From positions 416,001 through 480,000 of the forward strand of contig JBGARZ010000003.1 of the NCBI GenBank assembly GCA_044229975.1: a DNA stretch of 64,000 bases, read 5' to 3'. Position 1 is the first letter of the stretch. Each line of letters begins with the position of its first letter. Source of the DNA: Polyangiales bacterium. GTDB lineage: Bacteria; Myxococcota_A; Polyangia; Polyangiales; Ga0077539. The translations under genes were made by a program, and so were the position numbers. Below are positions 21,037 through 28,783 of this stretch, piece by piece. Below the pieces are notes generated by a model, which saw only the letters and a program-made list of their open reading frames with translations, ran no database searches and was not told the origin of the DNA.

Positions 21037-22455
21037 TCAGGGGCGCAGCTCGATCAGCTTTCGGCCCATGAGCCACACCTCGGGCACGCCGTCGCGGCTG
21101 GTGACCTTGAAGAGATCCAGCGATCGGGCGCGCAGGTCGATGCCGTCGCCGACGTCGCGCCCCGCGCCGGCTTCGATGCGCGCGAGCACCTCGTCCACGC
21201 GGCCGTAGTAGCGGTCCGCGGGCACCAGCAGGCCGCCCAGCGCGTGGTGCGTGCGGCCGTGATTGTACCAGTGCATGTGCGTGTCGAGCCGCCGCCGCAT
21301 CTCGCCCACATCGGCGAAGCGCTGCACGTCGAACAGCTCCTTCGCGAGGTTGGCGTTGAAGACCTCGACCTTGCCGTTGTGCTCCTTGTCCACGGCGACG
21401 AGCTGGTCGATGCCGAGCTCCGTGAGCAGCGCCGTGAAGCGCGAGATGCCGTTCCACGCCCAGAACGCCGCGCCGCGGTCGTGCATCACCATCTCGGGCT
21501 TGCCGTACCGCGCGACGGCGCGCTCGAAGGTCCCGATCACCATGTCCGCGCGCTCCGCGTCGTCCACCCCGTGGCCCACGACGAAGCGCGAGTGGTCGTC
21601 GATCAGGATCAACGTGAACGTGTTCGCGCGGTGGATGTTGCGATGCACGAAATCGAGGTGCCAGAGGTGGTTCGGGCGCACGGCCTCGAAGCGTTGGATG
21701 TGCGGATGCCGCGCGACCTTCGGCGGCCGATAGCCCGCCTCCTCCATCACCCGCCGCGCCGTGTGGACGGAGACCTTCACGCTCTTGCGACGGAGCTGGT
21801 TGCGGATCTGGCTCGGCCCGAGGCCGGGGTGCCGGCTCCACTCGTCGAGGATCTCCTTGTCGCGCCGCGCCTCGATCTCCTTGACGCCCGCACCGCTCGT
21901 CGGCGACGGGCCCTCGCCCTTCGCCGCGGCGCTGACCTTGCGCTGCCACTCGTAGATCGAGAACCGGCTCACTTTGAACTTCGTCGCCGACTCGGTGACG
22001 CTCTTCTCGGCGGCGTACTCGAGGATCTCCGCGCGCTCCGACGGCGTGTACGAACGCGCGACGGTCTTCGGCTTCGCCGCGGGCGTTGCGACGGCTTTGG
22101 CGGGGAGGCCCGTGGTGTCAGGCGACTTGTTGCCCGCCGACGACGGCGGCGCCGCCTTCGCCGACGCGGTGGACTTGCGCCGCGCGGGTGCCGCCTTCGC
22201 CTTCGCGATCACCACTGGCGGCGGCGGCGCGGCGGGCGCCGCGGGCGCCGTGGGCGTCTCGTCGCTGCTCGACGCCTTCGTGACCCCGGCAGCCTTCGCC
22301 CAGCGGAAGACGTTGGGGGCCGGAACGCCATGCTTCGCCGCCGCGGGCTTGCAGCCCAACGCCGGCACATCGGCGAGCACCACCGCGCGCTCCTCGGCTG
22401 TGTATCGCCGCCCTACGCTGCGTGGCAGCCGTTGCTCATCTCGCTTCTCGTCCAT
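21037..22455 (-). CDS. IS481/IS3-like DDE transposase (rve core)
   Basis: Two HTH_Tnp_1-like segments (RYTAEER, SYTPSER), LWHLDF, IDDHSRF, HDRG-x35-E (NGKVE), YNHGRTHHAL; RBS GGAGGAG. Confidence 0.92.
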   Translation of the reverse strand: MDEKRDEQRLPRSVGRRYTAEERAVVLADVPALGCKPAAAKHGVPAPNVFRWAKAAGVTKASSSDETPTAPAAPAAPPPPVVIAKAKAAPARRKSTASAKAAPPSSAGNKSPDTTGLPAKAVATPAAKPKTVARSYTPSERAEILEYAAEKSVTESATKFKVSRFSIYEWQRKVSAAAKGEGPSPTSGAGVKEIEARRDKEILDEWSRHPGLGPSQIRNQLRRKSVKVSVHTARRVMEEAGYRPPKVARHPHIQRFEAVRPNHLWHLDFVHRNIHRANTFTLILIDDHSRFVVGHGVDDAERADMVIGTFERAVARYGKPEMVMHDRGAAFWAWNGISRFTALLTELGIDQLVAVDKEHNGKVEVFNANLAKELFDVQRFADVGEMRRRLDTHMHWYNHGRTHHALGGLLVPADRYYGRVDEVLARIEAGAGRDVGDGIDLRARSLDLFKVTSRDGVPEVWLMGRKLIELRP

Positions 22456-22571
22456 CGTCTCCTCCAGCGATTTGAGGAGGTCTCCGAAGTCCGGAGTTTC
22501 AGGTCCTCAAACCGATGGAAGTTGTGCGGCAAGAGCACCTACTCGCTGCACCCGAAGGTCAAGGCGTCGAA

Positions 22572-25040
22572 GGGTCGATCCCCGCGTGTGCGGGGGAGCC
22601 GCGGCTGGAGTAGCCGACCGGGACGAGCGAGAGGGTCGATCCCCGCGTGTGCGGGGGAGCCCCCTCGAAGGTCACCTGGCTGATCCCCGCGTTGGGTCGA
22701 TCCCCGCGTGTGCGGGGGAGCCTCCTCGAGCTGGCGCGCGAACATCGCCGTCTCGGGTCGATCCCCGCGTGTGCGGGGGAGCCCGGATGGACTTCTCCAC
22801 CATCGCGCCGCCATGGGGTCGATCCCCGCGTGTGCGGGGGAGCCGCGATCCCGGGCGACTGGCGCGCCGCCGAAGCGGGTCGATCCCCGCGTGTGCGGGG
22901 GAGCCCCAAGCCCGGGGAGGTCTGAGATGAGCGACGAGGGTCGATCCCCGCGTGTGCGGGGGAGCCCCAGGGATGCCGCGGCACCCGTCATGGAAGGGGG
23001 GTCGATCCCCGCGTGTGCGGGGGAGCCCCCGCGAGCGAGCCGTACTCCTCCAAGACGAAGGGTCGATCCCCGCGTGTGCGGGGGAGCCGGGCGGCGGCTG
23101 GAGTCGACGCGTGGTGACGTGGGTCGATCCCCGCGTGTGCGGGGGAGCCGCGTAGATGCCGCGGTAGTGCTTCGCGGTCTCGGGTCGATCCCCGCGTGTG
23201 CGGGGGAGCCAAGCTGATCTGCACCGCGGGGTTGGCCGCGATGGGTCGATCCCCGCGTGTGCGGGGGAGCCGAACGGAGCGTCGCCCACGTCGAGGCGGG
23301 TGCGGGTCGATCCCCGCGTGTGCGGGGGAGCCGTCGAGATGATCGAGCCCAAGAACGTCGAGGCGGGTCGATCCCCGCGTGTGCGGGGGAGCCATCGACG
23401 AGCCATTGCGCGTCGATGGCGTGCTGGGTCGATCCCCGCGTGTGCGGGGGAGCCCTCGACGCACTGCTCGCGAAGTGGGAGCGCGAGGGTCGATCCCCGC
23501 GTGTGCGGGGGAGCCCGGGCCGAGTGCGGGGAGCCGACGCGCGAGGTGGGTCGATCCCCGCGTGTGCGGGGGAGCCCGCGAGGGCGGCGAGACGGGCGGG
23601 TGGTATCGGGGTCGATCCCCGCGTGTGCGGGGGAGCCCGCATGAGGATGTCGTCGGAGCCCGCGCTCGGGGGTCGATCCCCGCGTGTGCGGGGGAGCCAG
23701 CGGCGGCCGCGGCTTCTTCGCGGCGCTCACGGGTCGATCCCCGCGTGTGCGGGGGAGCCGAGGTGATGTACGCCGAGCTGCGCGCGCTCAAGGGTCGATC
23801 CCCGCGTGTGCGGGGGAGCCCCCACGGTCCAGCGGGCCATCGTCGACGGGGTGGGTCGATCCCCGCGTGTGCGGGGGAGCCGATCTCGTGAGCAACGACC
23901 GCCGCACCGAGGAGGGTCGATCCCCGCGTGTGCGGGGGAGCCGACGCCGAAGCGGTGGTCGGCGAGGTCGCAGCGGGTCGATCCCCGCGTGTGCGGGGGA
24001 GCCGCGCGAGCGCGCGTTGAGGTCGTCGGCGTGGTGGGTCGATCCCCGCGTGTGCGGGGGAGCCGGCGAGGTGCTCGGCGACACCCGCTACGGCAAGGGT
24101 CGATCCCCGCGTGTGCGGGGGAGCCTCACCGCCGTCGGGGAGGAAGAACGACGGGCCGGGTCGATCCCCGCGTGTGCGGGGGAGCCAAGGCGGAGAGAAG
24201 GTCGCGGAGGGTGCGGCTGGGTCGATCCCCGCGTGTGCGGGGGAGCCACGGCGCAGTCGCCGAGTCCGGTCTGCCCGGGGGGTCGATCCCCGCGTGTGCG
24301 GGGGAGCCTCCGAGAGGATGCCCTCGCGGTCCTGCGCGCCGGGTCGATCCCCGCGTGTGCGGGGGAGCCGGCTCCTGTTGCGGCAGTCAGCCGCTCGTGT
24401 CGGGTCGATCCCCGCGTGTGCGGGGGAGCCCGCGGGCGGCGGGAAGACGCCCCGCAAGGCTCGGGTCGATCCCCGCGTGTGCGGGGGAGCCCACCGCTGG
24501 GGCGTGTCCCACCACAGCAGCCAGGGTCGATCCCCGCGTGTGCGGGGGAGCCTCCGGCGGCACCAGCAGGACGCGCGGGTCGGCGGGTCGATCCCCGCGT
24601 GTGCGGGGGAGCCGCCATGATCTCCCCCTGGAGAACGGTCTCCGGGGGTCGATCCCCGCGTGTGCGGGGGAGCCTAGATCGTCTTGGCCGAAGCGAGACC
24701 CGCCGAGGGTCGATCCCCGCGTGTGCGGGGGAGCCTGCGTCTCCGCCCACGGGCAGATCACCGTGTGGGGTCGATCCCCGCGTGTGCGGGGGAGCCGCGA
24801 AGGTCACGCCGGAGCCCGAGTCGGTCACGGGTCGATCCCCGCGTGTGCGGGGGAGCCATGCGCTCGCGAATCCACGACACGATCAGCGCGGGTCGATCCC
24901 CGCGTGTGCGGGGGAGCCGTGAGCGGGGCGAGGCCGTCGAGGAAGGGGTGGGGTCGATCCCCGCGTGTGCGGGGGAGCCCGGCGACGGTGCTCCAAGCGT
25001 ACCAGCGCGGCGGGTCGATCCCCGCGTGTGCGGGGGAGCC
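22572..25040 (-). CRISPR. Type I-E CRISPR array, leader-side part: 41 repeats, 40 internal spacers, plus the spacer 22540-22571 next to the IS
   Basis: Same 29-bp repeat with a strict 61-bp period from 22572 to 25012. Confidence 0.99.
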
Positions 25041-25072
25041 TCTTTGACCTCTTTGCGGACCGCCCGTCCAGT

Positions 25073-25795
25073 TCAGCCTGTCTTCGTGACGGCGTCCTCC
25101 TCGTCGCCGTCCTCGCCCGGCTCGTCGTCCTTGCCCCCCTTGACGGACCCCTTCGTCGCCCGTGCCGTGCCCGCCGGGAAGAAGCGGTCGGCGTAGCCGC
25201 GCTCCTCCCCGTTTTCCAGCGCCCACGCCCGCAGTTGCACGTACGCGCTCTCCCGCACGGCGTTGGTCTCCTCCTTCCACGTCGTCAGGTCCAGGCTCGC
25301 GCCCGCCCGCGCCGCAAACGCCTGCCGTCGCTCCTCCAGCGCCACGCGGCCCGTCGCCATCGCAGCCTCCACGGCGTCGAGCTTCGCCCCCGCGGCGACC
25401 GAGAGCGCCACCCTCTCCCGCACCACCCGGAACCCCTCACACCGCGTGATCTCGCTCTCCAACCCCAGCCGGATCACCTCCCCCGGCGGCTCCGGGAAGT
25501 ACGCCGCGAACACCTTGTGATCCGCCCTCCCGCCGACGTCCCGCAGCAGCTCGTTGGAGAACCCCCGCACCGCCCGGTCCAGCAGCAGGTCGACCCACGC
25601 CACGCGCGCGTTGGCCCGCACCACGGCGTCCTCGGCCGCCCGGCGCGCCGCGTCGATCACCGCCCAGCGCTCGACCCGCGCGCGAATGGCCCGCAGCAGC
25701 CGCTCGTGCACCGCCGCCGCCTCCAGGCCCGCGTCCGTGAACAGCACGTCCGCTCGCGCCGACTCCCATCCGGTCTTCTCTTCGATCCGCCTCAT
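25073..25795 (-). CDS. Hypothetical, predominantly alpha-helical protein (240 aa) between cas2 and the array
   Basis: Strong RBS GGAGGAGG upstream of ATG 25795; Ala/Arg/Glu-rich helical sequence, ending ..YADRFFP plus an acidic tail. Confidence 0.75.
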   Translation of the reverse strand: MRRIEEKTGWESARADVLFTDAGLEAAAVHERLLRAIRARVERWAVIDAARRAAEDAVVRANARVAWVDLLLDRAVRGFSNELLRDVGGRADHKVFAAYFPEPPGEVIRLGLESEITRCEGFRVVRERVALSVAAGAKLDAVEAAMATGRVALEERRQAFAARAGASLDLTTWKEETNAVRESAYVQLRAWALENGEERGYADRFFPAGTARATKGSVKGGKDDEPGEDGDEEDAVTKTG

Positions 25796-25911
25796 CGTCG
25801 AACCTCCTCCGCCCACGGCGCCGCCGGGAGGCGCCTGATGCCTCCACCCCGCCGCTGTTGGGACACATCCTTCCATCGACTGGTCTGCCCCTTCCCTTGA
25901 GCCGAAATCGA

Positions 25912-26117
25912 CCGGCCCCCCTCACCGCTCGCCGCAACAGGGCCTCGGTGCCCTCGGGCCCCCCTCACCGCTCGCCGCAGCGGGGTGCCCGCGCCGACCT
26001 GTCCCCCAACGCGCTCGCCGCGGAGGCCCCCCGGTACGGTCCGGCGGCCGTCAGCGCTCGCCGCGGAGGCCCGCCCGCGCCGTCCGGACCCCCTCCACGC
26101 TCGCCGTGGAGGGGGTC
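25912..26117. repeat. Five degenerate units with an exact 43-bp period, core CGCTCGCCG
   Basis: Core at 25926, 25969, 26012, 26055, 26098; the last unit is a perfect 13-bp stem GACCCCCTCCACG-ctcgc-CGTGGAGGGGGTC (26087-26117). Confidence 0.8.
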
Positions 26118-26127
26118 GCAACGCACG

Positions 26128-26487
26128 TCAGCCGCCGTCGCCGCCGTTGCGCTCTGCATGGATTGTCAAAGACCGCTGCGTGCCCTTGGTGAGCTCGCAT
26201 CGCACCAGCTTCATCCCGTCGTGCTCGCGGAGGTCCACCTTCGGGACGCCGAGCGTCCGAAACGCCTGTCCTCCCGGCGCCCTCTTGTCAGGCCACGTCA
26301 TCACCACAGCCTGATCCGCCGCCCACGTCGGATCGAACCACTCCTCCATCACCGTCCACACCCGGTCGCGCACCGCCCGGCTCATCTCCGGCGACGTGTA
26401 GACCCCCGGCGTCACCTCGCACATCACCGACGCCAGGAAGCCCCGGAAGCGGTCGGGAACGTTCCGTGTGATCGCGATGGTCATCAT
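26128..26487 (-). CDS. cas2: Type I-E Cas2
   Basis: RFRGFLASVMCEVTPGVYTSP, VRDRVW, LGVP..DG.KLV. Confidence 0.93.
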   Translation of the reverse strand: MMTIAITRNVPDRFRGFLASVMCEVTPGVYTSPEMSRAVRDRVWTVMEEWFDPTWAADQAVVMTWPDKRAPGGQAFRTLGVPKVDLREHDGMKLVRCELTKGTQRSLTIHAERNGGDGG

Positions 26488-27337
26488 GGTCGAACAGCTC
26501 CTTGATGCGGTCGATCATCTTCTCGACCAACCGCTCCCGCTTGAACACCACCCCCGCGTGCCGTCTCACCGCGCGCTCCAGGGTCTCGTTGGCACGGGGG
26601 TTCTTCGACGCCTCGAAGGCCACTGGCAGCGTCACTGAATCGCGAAACAGGTCGGCGATGTCGAGCGCGAATGCCCGGCCCGAGTCCTCGTGGATGAACC
26701 CGAGCTGCGGGATGGTCCCCGTCACGGCGACCGCGACCTGCGCGAGGGCATACACGGCCGTGGCCGCGTGGTTGATGGCCTGATTGGCCGTGTCGTCGTG
26801 GTCGGGCGCGGCGCGGTCGTAGCGGCGCCCGCGCCAGCTCATGCCGAAGCTCTCGGCGAGGCGCCGGTAGATGACCTTCATGCGCGCGCCCTCGATGCCC
26901 CGCAGCACGGCGATGTCGGCGTTGGGAACCACCTCGCCGAGCCGCCACGCGTACATCCGCCGCGCGATGAGGGTGCGGAGGTTGGGGTCGCTCCAGTGCG
27001 TGACCTGCGCCCGTGCGCGAGCCGACTCGTCGGGCCCGAAGGGCATCGAGGCGTACAGCCGAACGCCGTCGACGCCCGTGACGACGATGCCGGTTCCGTG
27101 GCGTGCGCAGAGGCGGAGCGCGTCGTGTGAGATGGTCGCACCGGGTTGGAGCGCGATGCACGACACGGTCTGGAAGGGGATGGCGTAGTCGCCCGCGTCG
27201 AGGTCGCCGTCGCCCGCCGTGATGAAGCGGAGGGTTCCGGCGTCGACGACGAGGTTGCCGCGGCCGAGCCAGATCATGCCGTGGCGGTCCCCGTGGGGGA
27301 TGCGCGCGGTCTCCAGCCCGAGGCGGCCCTTCAGCAT
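26288..27337 (-). CDS. cas1: Type I-E Cas1
   Basis: MLKGRLGL, PGATISHDAL, RGIEGARMK, LGFIHEDSG..FALDIADL (catalytic E/H/D). Confidence 0.96.
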   Translation of the reverse strand: MLKGRLGLETARIPHGDRHGMIWLGRGNLVVDAGTLRFITAGDGDLDAGDYAIPFQTVSCIALQPGATISHDALRLCARHGTGIVVTGVDGVRLYASMPFGPDESARARAQVTHWSDPNLRTLIARRMYAWRLGEVVPNADIAVLRGIEGARMKVIYRRLAESFGMSWRGRRYDRAAPDHDDTANQAINHAATAVYALAQVAVAVTGTIPQLGFIHEDSGRAFALDIADLFRDSVTLPVAFEASKNPRANETLERAVRRHAGVVFKRERLVEKMIDRIKELFDHDDHRDHTERSRPLPGLPGVGDVRGDAGGLHVAGDEPGGARPGVDGDGGVVRSDVGGGSGCGDDVA

Positions 27338-27341
27338 CGGG

Positions 27342-28115
27342 TCAGCCGACGGCGGAGGTCGGCGGTCGGAGGAGGATCATCCCGAAGCCGAAGGCGCGGT
27401 GGCGCCCGAGGCCGCGAGCGAGGAGCGCGCGGAAGAGCGCGGGGTCGGTGACGGTGAGGGTGCCTTCCATCACGGCGTTGGGCCGCTCGATGGCCTTCTC
27501 GCCGCCCTTGCGAGGCATGACGTCGCGGCGAAACTCGGCGAGCTTCGCGCCGTCGAGCGTGCACGCGCCGCCGCCTTCGAGCTGCTTGCGAAGCCAGTCG
27601 ACGTAGACGGTCTCACGCGAGACGTAGGTCTCCTTCGAGAGCCCCAACGTGGCGTGGATGAAGGCGTCGATCTCTCGGCTCTTCATCCTGCCCCGTCGAT
27701 CGACGCCCAGCGGACGCTCACCAGCGACCTTGGTGCGGACGATGGGGCAGACCCGAGCGCGGAAGCCGAGCCTCTGCCCGACGCTGAAGGTCGGCACTGC
27801 CGTTGATTTGCAGACGCGCACGAGTTCTGCGCGGGACGGGCCCATGCGCCCGGCAAGTGCGGCGCCCGCCTCGGCGGCATAGCCGAGCACGTACGCCTCG
27901 TCAGGCCGCCTCTGATCGGTCGGATAATTGTCGTCGACAGTGAACGAAGAGAGCGGAACCGTCGCAGGCTCCGAAGAGACCGCGAAGAGCTGAGCGAGGC
28001 CCGCGTGGAGGACGTAGCCCTCGTCGACGTTGTGCGCGAGACGGTGCCGCGCCGCGAGGCGGACCAGCGCACGCCGGTCGAGGACCAACCGCACCAGATG
28101 GAGTTCTTCCGTCAT
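27342..28115 (-). CDS. cas6e: Type I-E Cas6 endoribonuclease
   Basis: GYVLH, G-loop GLGRHRAFGFG; position in the operon. Confidence 0.92.
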   Translation of the reverse strand: MTEELHLVRLVLDRRALVRLAARHRLAHNVDEGYVLHAGLAQLFAVSSEPATVPLSSFTVDDNYPTDQRRPDEAYVLGYAAEAGAALAGRMGPSRAELVRVCKSTAVPTFSVGQRLGFRARVCPIVRTKVAGERPLGVDRRGRMKSREIDAFIHATLGLSKETYVSRETVYVDWLRKQLEGGGACTLDGAKLAEFRRDVMPRKGGEKAIERPNAVMEGTLTVTDPALFRALLARGLGRHRAFGFGMILLRPPTSAVG

Positions 28116-28783
28116 GACCGCGCCTCCGCGACGGCGGTCGCCGTCGGCATCCACTCGGTTCGCACATAGCGCACGCCATAGCGCCGCTCCACGTCCGCGA
28201 AGGAGAGCGGAACGTCATAGCGCGCATCACCCTCGGCCCCGTCCGTCTCTACGACGACGCGAAGGTCTCCTGACTCTGGCCGTTCGGCGAGCGGCGCGTT
28301 GCGAACGGCCATGGTCGCGTCTTCCGCGACGACCCCAACGAGGACCGCCACCGCAGGCGGACACGAGCGTCGTCCGAGGAAGAGAGGCCAGCGCGGCGAT
28401 CGCAAGGCTGCCGCGATGCGATGCACGAGCGCGGTGTCGCCCTCCAGCGCCGCGACGAAGCTCGCGTCCTGGAGGTAGTACCGCTCTGTCGGCACACAGG
28501 AGCCGGTGCCGTACGCGGTGTACTTCTGCCCGCGAAACCGCCCGCCCCCGGCCGTGTGGTAGTCGCGCAGCAGCGACCCGGGCCGGTCGACGCGCACCGC
28601 CATCGAGAGACGGCGCAGCTCCGCGAGGGTCGCATCGTCATCGCGCGGCATGCCGAGCGCCGACCCCACGAGCCCGAGCACGCCGCTCTTGGTGGGCTCG
28701 CGCTCCGTGTCACGGATGCCGAGCTTCCCCTGCGCCGACCACGCCTGGAGGGGGCCTTCGAGGCGCAGCACTACCGACGTCAC
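28112..28783 (-). CDS. cas5e: Type I-E Cas5
   Basis: LRLEGPLQAW, PTKSGVLGL, LRDYHT, RYYLQDA, LFLGRRSCPP. Confidence 0.95.
   Translation of the reverse strand: MTSVVLRLEGPLQAWSAQGKLGIRDTEREPTKSGVLGLVGSALGMPRDDDATLAELRRLSMAVRVDRPGSLLRDYHTAGGGRFRGQKYTAYGTGSCVPTERYYLQDASFVAALEGDTALVHRIAAALRSPRWPLFLGRRSCPPAVAVLVGVVAEDATMAVRNAPLAERPESGDLRVVVETDGAEGDARYDVPLSFADVERRYGVRYVRTEWMPTATAVAEARS

Larger units (their letters stand above)
18891..22537 (-). mobile_element. 3,647-bp IS3/IS481-like insertion sequence with two DDE ORFs, inserted in the CRISPR array
   Basis: Ends TGCGCTTGTCAAACACCTACCA and (reverse complement) TGCTCTTGCCGCACAACTTCCA, 16/22 identical; direct repeat CCTACT at 18885-18890 and 22538-22543; removing the element and one CCTACT copy restores the 61-bp period. 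Confidence 0.93.

Noticed and set aside
17850..25011. Self-targeting spacers against this window
   Set aside because: None noticed by eye; an exact search is needed, so it is neither claimed nor excluded
17734..25280. Many long ORFs with repeating RSPRVRGS / PPHTRGST peptides
   Set aside because: They are translations of the stop-free 61-bp CRISPR period, not genes
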